Assembly: GCA_039799905.1 (NCBI GenBank)
Contig: JBDLRP010000006.1
Coordinates: 1-64,000, forward strand
DNA from: Pseudomonadota bacterium
Lineage (GTDB): Bacteria > Bdellovibrionota_B > Oligoflexia > Silvanigrellales > Silvanigrellaceae
Direction: 5' to 3'
Length of the DNA stretch: 64,000 nt
The notes beneath the pieces are model-generated. The model worked only from the letters and a program-made list of their open reading frames with translations. It was not told where the DNA came from and ran no database searches. Within the stretch, counting starts at the first letter, position 1. The number at the start of each line of letters is the position of its first letter. A program made the position numbers and the translations under genes. Shown here in pieces: positions 39,720 through 49,157 of this stretch.

Positions 39720-40814
39720 CTAAAAAACCGGTTCCTTGAGATCCACACCGCGCTCGATATCGGTATCAACCTTCTCACGGCCAAAAATTTTCCACGCCGA
39801 AAGAACACACACACCTGCAAAAATCATCGTCGCAAGGAAGAACAGCGGATGGAAAAATAGAGCGAGTGCCAAACTCAGCACAGCGAGTGAACCGCACACG
39901 ACCATGTTTGTCATCACCTTATCCGCACTTGATAACGGCAACTCAGCTTCAAGCACAGCAAGAGAATGACCCTGCACCAGCAGACGCCGCTCGCGTGCGG
40001 TTGTCATGAACCGGAACGGACTTTTCGGTGCAAACGAGTAGCGCACGACCCAAAAGGGTAAATGAACCAAATGTATACCTACAATCTCAATTTCAGTGCG
40101 GTGTTCATACAAAGTTCCGACTTTAGTCTTTGCAACACGACGATGGTATTCCTGGATTTGATCTTTGGCGCGTGCAATCGCAGAGCTCTCGCGCACCTGC
40201 ACACCGGAAATGGTCAGACCGTTCGCATGATCAAACTTGAATCCTTGGCGCGCATCGTAAACGGTCGCAGAAGCTGCGCCTTTGACAACACCGAGAGTCT
40301 CGTCGAGCGGAAATCCGTCCCAGTCGACCAGAACATCTTCCTTGGGGTGATGCAGACGTTCCAGCCCCCAGTGTTCCTTGGGTGACTTTCTTGCCAAAAT
40401 TGACCAACGATACCTTCGACTGAAGCGATTTTCTTCCTTCAAAAACCGCGCACTGTACTCGCTTCCCTGCCCTTTGTATTGGTTCGCCTTCTGGCTGTGA
40501 CCGCTCCAAAATGTGTGGGCTTCAACAGAAATCACCCAGTAGGGCAGACTGATTCCGTAAGAACCGAGAATCTGGAACTCATTCTTGACCTTGTCGGGCC
40601 GGTGATATCTGTTCGTGATCCAGTCGTAGAAAATTCCTTCGACCTGCTCGCGATCCAAACGATTTGGCACGATGAAGTGATCACCGATGATGTCTTTTGC
40701 ACCCTCTTCCAGATCGAGGATGAAGCCCGTTGAACAATACGGACACAGGTGAATGTAGTCATCAATGTTGTATTCAAACGACGCATTACACGCCGCACAC
40801 GATACCTGAAACAT
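39720..40814 (-). CDS. Zinc-ribbon protein with C-terminal TM hairpin
   Basis: CAAC...CPYC at the N-terminus; two hydrophobic helices at the C-terminus. Confidence 0.75.
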   Translation of the reverse strand: MFQVSCAACNASFEYNIDDYIHLCPYCSTGFILDLEEGAKDIIGDHFIVPNRLDREQVEGIFYDWITNRYHRPDKVKNEFQILGSYGISLPYWVISVEAHTFWSGHSQKANQYKGQGSEYSARFLKEENRFSRRYRWSILARKSPKEHWGLERLHHPKEDVLVDWDGFPLDETLGVVKGAASATVYDARQGFKFDHANGLTISGVQVRESSAIARAKDQIQEYHRRVAKTKVGTLYEHRTEIEIVGIHLVHLPFWVVRYSFAPKSPFRFMTTARERRLLVQGHSLAVLEAELPLSSADKVMTNMVVCGSLAVLSLALALFFHPLFFLATMIFAGVCVLSAWKIFGREKVDTDIERGVDLKEPVF

Positions 40815-40877
40815 GCAGCCACCCTTGAAGGTTGAGACTCAGTTCCAGATTAACGCCATTGTGTGGTGCAGACGATG

Positions 40878-41528
40878 TCAATGCGATTGCGGATGAAAAA
40901 AGTTCCTCAAGTTCTGCACCAGCTGCAGGGCACTTTGACCGAGAGGCCGTGAATCATCAGAGTTTTCAATGATAAAATGGGACTTAGCACGACGCACTTG
41001 GTCGGAGACTTGAGCGGAAAAAATTGCCGAAACGGTTTCCTGCGGCAAACTTCGTGAATGGGCAAGCCGTGCGCGACGGACCTCTTCCGTCGCTATGACG
41101 GAAACGACCGCATCGAACTGCTTCTCACGTCCAGCTTCAAAAATAAGCGCTGCCTCGTAAAAAACCCAGATGCCGCCAGCCAGCAAATTCAATTGCTCGC
41201 AGACGCTTTCGAATTTATGAAATAACGCCGGATGAATGATGTTCTCGAGCGATCTTCTTGCCGGCTCATCGGCAAAGACACGGTCGCGAACCCAGCGCCG
41301 CTGGTAGACAACCTGACCGTTCTCATCTGTCGCGTAGCATTGATCACCCAACAGCGATGTAATCTGTTGGCGAACCTCCGGCTCAAGTACCACCTGAGCA
41401 ACCAAAACATCCGCATCAAAGACAGGATAGCCAAGCAAGGCAAGCTCGCGGACCAGTGATGACTTTCCTGATCCTATGCCGCCCGTCACCGCAATTTTTT
41501 TGAGGCGACCATGCTGCCGGCCCGTCAT
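40878..41528 (-). CDS. coaE: Dephospho-CoA kinase
   Basis: AVTGGIGSGKS, DADV, LENIIHP, EAALIFE. Confidence 0.93.
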   Translation of the reverse strand: MTGRQHGRLKKIAVTGGIGSGKSSLVRELALLGYPVFDADVLVAQVVLEPEVRQQITSLLGDQCYATDENGQVVYQRRWVRDRVFADEPARRSLENIIHPALFHKFESVCEQLNLLAGGIWVFYEAALIFEAGREKQFDAVVSVIATEEVRRARLAHSRSLPQETVSAIFSAQVSDQVRRAKSHFIIENSDDSRPLGQSALQLVQNLRNFFHPQSH

Positions 41529-41531
41529 TAA

Positions 41532-42290
41532 TTATTTTCCGTTACGCGGCTTGTTTTTAAATTGATTCTGCCGGTTGCGGCCCTGAAAATGGTTGCCGCG
41601 ATTTCCGTTCTGGTTTCCGCTCTGGTTGTAGCGGCGGTTGTTGCCCTGATGATTGCCACGGTGATGACCTTGCATCGAATGGTGACTCATTTGCGGCTGC
41701 TGCACGTTTCCGTTGGCATCCGGTGCAACGTATCCAGTACGTGTCATCAAGTGGCTCGGTGCAGGCCTTTGCGCATCTTCGAATGCACGCCGCGTGACAC
41801 CTTCTGCGATCAACTCGATGAGAATGTCTTCGGGAAACACACCTTCCATACGCGCAACTTGTTTGACCTGATTCATGAGTGAGTAACTGAGCGTGAGCAA
41901 AATCTGGTTGCCGGTTTGCCCAGTCGATTCATCAGCGGCGACAAATCCTTCGCCTTCGTAGTAGCCCTCGTCATCGCCATACCCGTTTGAACCCTGCTGA
42001 TCCTGATAGCCGGCATAACCCTGTTGCTGCGAGAGTTCTGATTCACCTTGCCATACTTGCTCGGATTGAGTCTGGGTCATTTCGGGCGCTTCCTCCAGAT
42101 GATTTTCGCTGTGCAAATTGTTCACTTTTGTCGGCAATGAGAGCTGTTCGCCCGCCGTTTCGGCGGGCAACTCGTCATCGACATCAGAAGTCACAGCTGT
42201 CTTTGCCTTCTTTGCGGGAGATTTGCGGGGGCGAGGACTGGCAGCCGGTTTGGCTCCGCTGTCCTGAAAAGTACCGGAAATAAAAATCAC
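41532..42290 (-). CDS. Hypothetical protein: disordered flanks around a short RHH-like core, Q/N/G/R-rich tail
   Basis: GTG start after GGAG (frame open to 42350); composition read from the translation. Confidence 0.7.
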   Translation of the reverse strand: MIFISGTFQDSGAKPAASPRPRKSPAKKAKTAVTSDVDDELPAETAGEQLSLPTKVNNLHSENHLEEAPEMTQTQSEQVWQGESELSQQQGYAGYQDQQGSNGYGDDEGYYEGEGFVAADESTGQTGNQILLTLSYSLMNQVKQVARMEGVFPEDILIELIAEGVTRRAFEDAQRPAPSHLMTRTGYVAPDANGNVQQPQMSHHSMQGHHRGNHQGNNRRYNQSGNQNGNRGNHFQGRNRQNQFKNKPRNGK

Positions 42291-42384
42291 TGATATAAAA
42301 CTCCGAGAGGAACAACCGTAATAAGTCCGTGGAAGATCAAATTCGGCCACAACTTATGAGAGACTTCTGAAAAATAAATTCCGA

Positions 42385-42400
42385 TGATCAATTGATCAAT
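42385..42400. promoter_or_regulatory. Palindrome and direct repeat (TGATCAAT)2, candidate operator
   Basis: TGATCAATTGATCA is a perfect 14-bp palindrome in an AT-rich intergenic region. Confidence 0.35.
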
Positions 42401-42510
42401 GGAGACAGACTTCGCTGATGGAGTCTGACGGCAAAGAAGGATGAACGAATCTGAGTACTCCTCGGCCACCCTAGAACACTGACACAGGGACAAAATAAAA
42501 ACAAGAAGAT

Positions 42511-43479
42511 TCATTCTTCCGTTTTATCAAGACCCGCGTACTCCGCCAGAAGGTTGTCGGAATCTATCCAGTTCATTTGCACCTTGACAAACAATTCCAA
42601 GTGAACCTTTCGACCCAAATGTTTTTCGAGCGATTCACGAGCGGCCTGACCAATTGACTTAATTCTGCTCCCACGTGCGCCAATCACCATTCCCTTGTGA
42701 TTCTCCTTGTGCACGATGATACTCGCCTGCATCACCGTGAGGCCGCTTTTATTCTCGAACCTGTCCACCTTGACTGCGGCACTGTAAGGAAGCTCCTGAC
42801 CCAATTGGCGAAAGAGCTGCTCACGAATCAGCTCACCGCAAACAAATTGCTGCGGCCTGTCGGTGATGTCATCTTCAGCGTAAAGCCACGGACCTTCGGG
42901 CATCCGCTGCGAAATAAAATCCTTGAAGCGCTGAACGTCGACAGGGCGCTTTGCCGAAATAGCCAAGGGTTCGGCAAGAGCATTTGTAACACTGCTGCCG
43001 GCCGCCTCTGACGCTGCGCGCAAACATGTGCTCACTCGATCAGAAATGACGCTCAGGTTCTCTTCAATAATTTCACTTTTGAGCTTGTCTGTTTTGGTCG
43101 CGACAACAACCAGCGGCTTGGCGCATTGTCCGGCGATTTGCACAAAAAACGATTCGTCTTCCTCTGACCAACCTGAACTTGCGTCCACCAAATAGCAGAC
43201 CACGTCGGCATCCTGCAGGACCGACCACGCGGTGGCGTTCATGCGCTTATTCAGTTTAGGCAATCCGCCTGTCTTGTGAATGCCAGGCGTATCAAGAAAG
43301 AGAAGCTGACTTTCGGCGTTGGGACAAATACCCAGAATCTTGTTGCGGGTTGTCTGCGGCTTAGCACTGACAACTGCCAGCTTTGTACCAATGCAGGCAT
43401 TCATCAGCGTGCTCTTGCCAGCGTTAGGCTGGCCCAACAGCGCTACGTAGCCACATCTTTTGGAAACATTCATGTTCAT
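42511..43479 (-). CDS. era: GTPase Era
   Basis: GQPNAGKST, QTTR, DTPG, TKTD, KH domain (GMVIGARG). Confidence 0.96.
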   Translation of the reverse strand: MNMNVSKRCGYVALLGQPNAGKSTLMNACIGTKLAVVSAKPQTTRNKILGICPNAESQLLFLDTPGIHKTGGLPKLNKRMNATAWSVLQDADVVCYLVDASSGWSEEDESFFVQIAGQCAKPLVVVATKTDKLKSEIIEENLSVISDRVSTCLRAASEAAGSSVTNALAEPLAISAKRPVDVQRFKDFISQRMPEGPWLYAEDDITDRPQQFVCGELIREQLFRQLGQELPYSAAVKVDRFENKSGLTVMQASIIVHKENHKGMVIGARGSRIKSIGQAARESLEKHLGRKVHLELFVKVQMNWIDSDNLLAEYAGLDKTEE

Positions 43480-44334
43480 TCACTCGTCCTCTTGAATATC
43501 TGTCTCTGAAGCATACTGCTTCACCATCTCTGCCGTCAGTACGCCTGATTCCATCATCTTTTGCATCCGTCCCGCCACAAGCTTACTCGCCTCGCGCTTG
43601 TTTGCGGCGCCGGCTCTTGCCAGTTCAGTACGGCCGACAAATCCGGCCACAATAAACTGAGTCTCTTGCGGGGTTGAGACCGTCTTTACGAGTTTGTAAA
43701 CCGGAGGACGACCGCAGACACTCTGTGTCCATTGTTGAAACCGTGTTTTCACATCAAAGTCACTGAGAGTGCGCTCCGCAACAACAAGGTCGGCAGCAAA
43801 CAGGCTTCTGAGCCACTCCCAGACATGTGCCTGACCGGCGTCCAGCAACAAGGCGGCAGTCACGGCTTCAAAACCATCGGCAAGAATATTCTGCCGCTTC
43901 TCCGACTTGAAACCGCCCTTGGCAATTTCGCCGCGCCCGAACATAAGCAGGTCGTGCAGCCTGAGCTGACGCGACTTCTCGGCGAGATTTTCGGTTCCGA
44001 CGATTGCAGCGCGCAACTTGGACAACTCACCCTCGGCCATTTTCGGATACGCAGACATCGCCTCGCTCGCCACAAAGAAGCTGATGAACGAGTCACCCAA
44101 AAATTCAAGCCGCTCGTTGCTGAAAATCGCAGATTTGTCTGTCGGCCAATAGACGAGAGCGCTTCTGTGAATCAGCGCCACCGTGGCGATCTTTCGGTTT
44201 GAGTATTTGTGTGATTGAGCCCTCTCAAGGGCGGCTATTCGCTCATCAAGGTCTGGAAAGTACTTGCGCAGTCTGGCCTCATCAAGGGGTGCAAGCCATT
44301 GCGCGATAGCCGCTGAGTTCTGCTCAAAACTCAT
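43480..44334 (-). CDS. rnc: Ribonuclease III
   Basis: NERLEFLGDS, ADGFEA, C-terminal dsRBD; adjacent to era. Confidence 0.94.
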   Translation of the reverse strand: MSFEQNSAAIAQWLAPLDEARLRKYFPDLDERIAALERAQSHKYSNRKIATVALIHRSALVYWPTDKSAIFSNERLEFLGDSFISFFVASEAMSAYPKMAEGELSKLRAAIVGTENLAEKSRQLRLHDLLMFGRGEIAKGGFKSEKRQNILADGFEAVTAALLLDAGQAHVWEWLRSLFAADLVVAERTLSDFDVKTRFQQWTQSVCGRPPVYKLVKTVSTPQETQFIVAGFVGRTELARAGAANKREASKLVAGRMQKMMESGVLTAEMVKQYASETDIQEDE

Positions 44335-45443
44335 GTGCCAACGACCCGCTCAATAAAGCCACCGCCAAGTACTTCTTCGCCGCGATAAAGTACGGCGATT
44401 TGTCCGGGTGTCACCGAGCGCTGCGGCGAAACAAACTGAATGCGGTCTTCACCCGAGAGTTCATCACGCGACAAAAATCCAGCTGCCGCAGTCGAACGGT
44501 AGCGAATTTTGATGTCAAATGACTCACTGCTCTCGACGGGGCGTATCATGTGAAAGTGATCAAAAGAGAACCCCTGCTTCAGCAAAAACTCTTCGCCGCC
44601 GACGTAGACTCGCCCTTGCTCCGGCTCGATGCGGGTCACATACAGCGGCCGGTCTGCGACAATCCCGACACCTTTGCGCTGGCCAACGGTGAATTTGTGA
44701 ATACCGTCGTGATGACCAAGCACGCTGCCGTCCTCATGGCAGATTTCACCACTGATAATCCTCGAGGACTCGACATTTCGCTCGATAAATTTCGCGTAAT
44801 CGTTGTTCGGAATAAAGCAGATTTCCATGCTTTCTTTTTTCTTGGCGTTGACCAGTCCGAACCGTTCGGCATGCTCCCTGACTTCGGCTTTAGTCATGCT
44901 ACCAAGCGGAAAGATCACTTTCGAAAGCCGCTCTTGAGTCATTGAATACAAGAAGTAGCTCTGATCTTTTTGTTGATCTACGCCCTTGAGCAAACGGTAC
45001 AATCCGCTCTCGCCGCAATATTCGATCCGCGCATAATGACCGGTCGCTACCGCATCACATCCAAGACGGACGGCGCGATCCAACAGATGATCGAACTTGA
45101 GAAAGGTGTTGCAGGCAACGCACGGATTGGGCGTCCTGCCGCGCAGGTATTCTTCGGTAAAGTAATCGACGACGTTGGTCTGAAAATCGTCCTGATAGTC
45201 CATCACGTAAAAAGGGATGCCAATCTTGTGCGCCACTTCACGGGCGTCGGCGACGTCATCATGACTGCAGCAGGTGTCGAACTTTGCACTTGGATCGCAG
45301 CTGGTTTCATTCTTTGAATAATCCCAGAGCTGCATCGTTACGCCAATGACCTCGTGACCCTGCTCTTTTAAAAGCGCAGCGGCGACGCTGCTGTCAACGC
45401 CGCCTGACATCGCTACTAAAATACGTTTTTTGAGTTTAGTCAT
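44331..45443 (-). CDS. mnmA: tRNA 2-thiouridylase MnmA
   Basis: AMSGGVDS, TPNPCVACN, ATGHYA, KDQSYFL, TPGQ. Confidence 0.96.
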   Translation of the reverse strand: MTKLKKRILVAMSGGVDSSVAAALLKEQGHEVIGVTMQLWDYSKNETSCDPSAKFDTCCSHDDVADAREVAHKIGIPFYVMDYQDDFQTNVVDYFTEEYLRGRTPNPCVACNTFLKFDHLLDRAVRLGCDAVATGHYARIEYCGESGLYRLLKGVDQQKDQSYFLYSMTQERLSKVIFPLGSMTKAEVREHAERFGLVNAKKKESMEICFIPNNDYAKFIERNVESSRIISGEICHEDGSVLGHHDGIHKFTVGQRKGVGIVADRPLYVTRIEPEQGRVYVGGEEFLLKQGFSFDHFHMIRPVESSESFDIKIRYRSTAAAGFLSRDELSGEDRIQFVSPQRSVTPGQIAVLYRGEEVLGGGFIERVVGT

Positions 45444-45464
45444 GAGTCGCCTGTCCGAAGACTG

Positions 45465-45962
45465 TCAGAGGTCATCTGAGATGGGTTCGATTTCGTGCTC
45501 GCCATGTCCATGTTGTCGGAAGAGTTCATCCGCCTGCTGCTCCAGGGAGCGGTTGCGAACAAATCCCCGGATATAAAATTCGACGCCCTCGCATGTGTGT
45601 TTGTCCCACGACAAAGGAACAAACACATCACGGCCGTCCGACAGATACTCCTGCCAATAGACGTCGATGTAGTCGAGCATGAGAGAGGCAAGCTCTTCGC
45701 TGTTGGTATGTGCTGCACCCTGCTCCACAGCTTCTTCACGCACATGCAAGAGCTCAATGGGATAGAAAACCGATTTGTCGGCGCGCTCAAGTGTCACCTT
45801 CAGCTGCACCTGATGAGCGTCATAGCCCGACTCAACAAGAAACCGTTCGTTGTCGAGCATTGAGCGATACTTTGTGTTCAAAAGACTGATTATCTTTTGA
45901 ACCTCAGCCGAGTCCCAGACTGGCGTCAGCGCTTCAGTATTTTTATAAGCAAGCTTCAGCAT
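45465..45962 (-). CDS. Hypothetical protein
   Basis: 165-aa ORF abutting its neighbours in the same operon. Confidence 0.75.
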   Translation of the reverse strand: MLKLAYKNTEALTPVWDSAEVQKIISLLNTKYRSMLDNERFLVESGYDAHQVQLKVTLERADKSVFYPIELLHVREEAVEQGAAHTNSEELASLMLDYIDVYWQEYLSDGRDVFVPLSWDKHTCEGVEFYIRGFVRNRSLEQQADELFRQHGHGEHEIEPISDDL

Positions 45963-47921
45963 TCACTCCCCCTGACCCGTTGAATCGAGCATCTGCGGCA
46001 ATCGTCCGAAAAAAAGTCTCGTTTTTTCAACTTCTTTCAGTCTCTCATATGGACGAACCGAAGTACTTGCACGGGCCGTTGCGTTTTCCTCCAATAATAT
46101 GATCGGAAAAACAGGCAAACGATTTAGTGTCGCGTTCAAAATATGTCCCAGCGCAGGGTCGATCGGCATATGCAGAGTTTGCAACCACTTTCGAAGGTCC
46201 GCGTAACGTCCGCGGCTGAGCAACTGCAAAACCGACATCTTCAACTGCTCACCATCACTCAAAGTAATGAGCATTTCATCACTGACTTTAGAGTCAGATT
46301 TTGCGCCTTTGGACAAGGTAAAAACAACCATCTGCAGTGCATCCATGGCGAGATCCTGAAGGCTCTGCCAGCCAGTCTGAAACACCGCCTCCGGGCCGAT
46401 GGCCGATAAAATCTTGGACGCACGGATGACTGTTTCGGCTTCTGACTTAGCAGCTTCCGTGCCAGAGAATTCAGCGGGCAGAAACTTATCTGTATCTGCC
46501 ATGAGCCGCTCGAGACCGATATTCAGACATCCGCGGACCGCCAACAGGACGCGTGCAAGCTCCGAAGGCTCATGTGCCGCTCCGAGCGCGGATGCAACCG
46601 CATTCGTCGTGCGTGCGATGCGCGCTTTGTAATTTGCGACATTTTCAACAGACTCTTCACCCAACCAAGCCATCACCTGATCCAGAAGAAGACTGGATTT
46701 GTCGTCGCGGACACGCTGCCGCAACTCACGCGCCTTTTGAATCTCGAGATTCAACATGATTTGCCGAACTCTTGCTCCCATACGTTCAACAAACGCATCA
46801 ACGACATCTTCGTCCTGCAGGAGGATGTCTGACTGCGGCGCACTCGTGCCGACGAGCCGGACAATTTCCTGAGTGCCGAGGCAGTTCTCAATTTCCTCCG
46901 CCAACTCATCCGAGTCGCGAGAATTGAGAAAATCAATCAGCTGTTCGCGCACATCATCATCCATTGCTGCAGATGCGTCGACGGCTGCGTCCTGCACTTC
47001 TTTCGTATCAACGAGCGAGCCGGCTTGCGACTCGCTCTTGAGAGCAATGCGAATGAGGTCCGTCAGTTGTTTTGCAGACTTCGGGTTCAGCATGTGACGG
47101 GCTTCATCGGCATCGACAAATCCCTGGTCTTCCAATCTTCCGGCGCGCCAGCGACGCGCCTCCTCAACCGACTCTTCGCGGATGAGCATCGCAGAGTGGG
47201 CAAGCACCGACTGTGCAAGCCTAATATTTTGTTTGTAGAGTGCATGAATAAACTGATGAAAAACTTCGAAGTCAGACTGTTCGAACGTTTTCATCTTGAG
47301 TCCGAAACGATTGTCGGGAGTGACCCAATAGTCGTCGCTAAGTTCTTCCTGACTGCGATGCAATCCCACCGGAATGATTTCGCACGCGGCAGTCATACAA
47401 CCAATCAACAAACCCTCATCGAGTTCCATGACTCGTTGCGCAGCGAACTCAGGAGTAATTTCATTCCACCATTTGATCCACTGCAGAAATCTTTCACCCG
47501 AAGGCTGCTCATCGGCGGCAACAAGTTCACCGTAGGAATGAGTCTTTGTCCACAAATCATAATCGAGCAAACGCACCAAAGCGTTGCCGCGCAACCATTC
47601 AACAACCTCGAGTGAATCCTCGACGCCATGATCGAGCAGACTGCGGTATAACAAGTGCGGTGGAAGAATCTGAACGAGGTAAGGCAACTCGCGTTGTGCA
47701 ATCAACCAGTCGATGTCGATCGCCGCAGCCGCGAGCGATGATGCGTTTTCACTGTCGGCCCTCCAGGGAAAAGATTTCAGACCGATCGCATCCAACGACT
47801 CGAGCTCGCGCTCAAGCCTTGCCACCACCGACGACGGTGGAGTCGCATCCACAGCTTGCGCCACGGGATTGACGGATTGAGTTTTCAAAGTGGTCGGGTT
47901 CTGAAGTCCATCAGTTGTCAA
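45963..47921 (-). CDS. Hypothetical protein, DUF6178-like
   Basis: LLDYDLW, EEARRWRAGRLEDQGF and LNIGLE motifs recalled from this family. Confidence 0.6.
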   Translation of the reverse strand: MTTDGLQNPTTLKTQSVNPVAQAVDATPPSSVVARLERELESLDAIGLKSFPWRADSENASSLAAAAIDIDWLIAQRELPYLVQILPPHLLYRSLLDHGVEDSLEVVEWLRGNALVRLLDYDLWTKTHSYGELVAADEQPSGERFLQWIKWWNEITPEFAAQRVMELDEGLLIGCMTAACEIIPVGLHRSQEELSDDYWVTPDNRFGLKMKTFEQSDFEVFHQFIHALYKQNIRLAQSVLAHSAMLIREESVEEARRWRAGRLEDQGFVDADEARHMLNPKSAKQLTDLIRIALKSESQAGSLVDTKEVQDAAVDASAAMDDDVREQLIDFLNSRDSDELAEEIENCLGTQEIVRLVGTSAPQSDILLQDEDVVDAFVERMGARVRQIMLNLEIQKARELRQRVRDDKSSLLLDQVMAWLGEESVENVANYKARIARTTNAVASALGAAHEPSELARVLLAVRGCLNIGLERLMADTDKFLPAEFSGTEAAKSEAETVIRASKILSAIGPEAVFQTGWQSLQDLAMDALQMVVFTLSKGAKSDSKVSDEMLITLSDGEQLKMSVLQLLSRGRYADLRKWLQTLHMPIDPALGHILNATLNRLPVFPIILLEENATARASTSVRPYERLKEVEKTRLFFGRLPQMLDSTGQGE

Positions 47922-48025
47922 TTTTTCCTCTGCTTTCAGGTCTGTAAGGCCAGACCCAGTGTTTTCATATCCGCCAAAAATCCATCATGGCAACAGGTTT
48001 TTGTCTGCCGCCGACGGAAAAGGGC

Positions 48026-48052
48026 AAAAGTCTTTGCAAAGGTGTCCGATAC
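48026..48052 (+). promoter_or_regulatory. Possible sigma-28-like promoter
   Basis: AAAA-GTCTTTGCAAAGGTG(15 nt)-TCCGATAC, ending 27 nt before the GTG at 48080. Confidence 0.4.
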
Positions 48053-48079
48053 CATGTCGACTAGGGAGAGAGGTCATGC

Positions 48080-49090
48080 GTGGCTAAGTCGATCTCACGA
48101 AAATCATTGGGGCATCGGGTCGCTGGCGGGCAACCGCACGATCAGTCATTGCTCGTGACCTTTTGGGGCGTCCGAGGCACTCTGCCAGCTGCCGGCGCAG
48201 ACTTCGTAGAGTTTGGAGGCAACACGTCTGCCGTCGAGATTTCGACCGCGGACGGGGCGAATGAGGCGGCATCGACCTCACTCATTCTGGATGCGGGTAC
48301 AGGAATAGTTCAGTACGGAGAACGCGGGCTGTCGCTCGGACGGCGCTCGTTCCACATTTTGCTGAGCCACTTCCACTACGACCATATTATGGGTCTGACG
48401 AGATTTTCGCCGCTTTTTAAAAATGACGTGGATATCCACTTCTACGGTCAGGCGAAGGGCGGTCTCGAACTCCACACGATCATTGAGAAAATTTTTTCAT
48501 TCCCATTCTTTCCTGTGGAATACCGGCACCTGCCATCGCGAAATAATTTGTACTTTCATACAGTTGTGCCAGGTTCGCCATTCGAGGTTGGCTCGCTCGT
48601 CGTGATCGCGCACAACCTCCACCATCCACAACAGGCTGTTGCGTATAGGGTTTGGGACAAGGACCTCAGAGTGAGTGTCGTCTATGCAACCGACCATGAA
48701 CACGGGACGGATGCTGACCTCTCGCTTGCTGCTTTTTCACGCAACACTAACTTATTTCTTTTCGACACCACTTACACCGACGAGGTCTATCAAAACGGCC
48801 GGATTGGTTGGGGGCATTCAACCGCTCGCCGCGGGGCCGAGATCGCCGCAATGGCGGAGGTTCGTTCGTTTGGACTCTTCCACCACGACCCAGAAGCAAC
48901 TGACGTCCAGCTGAAAAGCCAGCTGTTGCCGGAAGCACTCGCTCACTTCCCCTCGTCGTTCCTGTGTAAGGAAGGGGAATCTATCGAATTGCTCGCCCAG
49001 AATGCCGAAGATCAGCTGCCGATGGTGGTTGGCGGAGGGACCCCCATCCGCCGGACACTTCTCAGCAAACGGAGAAAAATCAGCGGTTGA
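48080..49090 (+). CDS. MBL-fold metallo-hydrolase (RNase Z / cyclic-nucleotide phosphodiesterase-like)
   Basis: GVRGT, GGNTS, DAGTG, SHFHYDH, TDHEH, WGHS, FHHDP. Confidence 0.88.
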   Translation: MAKSISRKSLGHRVAGGQPHDQSLLVTFWGVRGTLPAAGADFVEFGGNTSAVEISTADGANEAASTSLILDAGTGIVQYGERGLSLGRRSFHILLSHFHYDHIMGLTRFSPLFKNDVDIHFYGQAKGGLELHTIIEKIFSFPFFPVEYRHLPSRNNLYFHTVVPGSPFEVGSLVVIAHNLHHPQQAVAYRVWDKDLRVSVVYATDHEHGTDADLSLAAFSRNTNLFLFDTTYTDEVYQNGRIGWGHSTARRGAEIAAMAEVRSFGLFHHDPEATDVQLKSQLLPEALAHFPSSFLCKEGESIELLAQNAEDQLPMVVGGGTPIRRTLLSKRRKISG

Positions 49091-49157
49091 CCCGCCCAAA
49101 AGATTATGGGAAGCCCCAAAGCGTTGCGTTAATACCAACTCTGGGGAAGCATTCGTT

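Noticed and set aside
49002..49157. N-terminal extension of the exonuclease ORF as given in the track
   Set aside because: It overlaps the MBL gene end; a TTG at 49158 with a GGGGAAG SD is the more plausible start.
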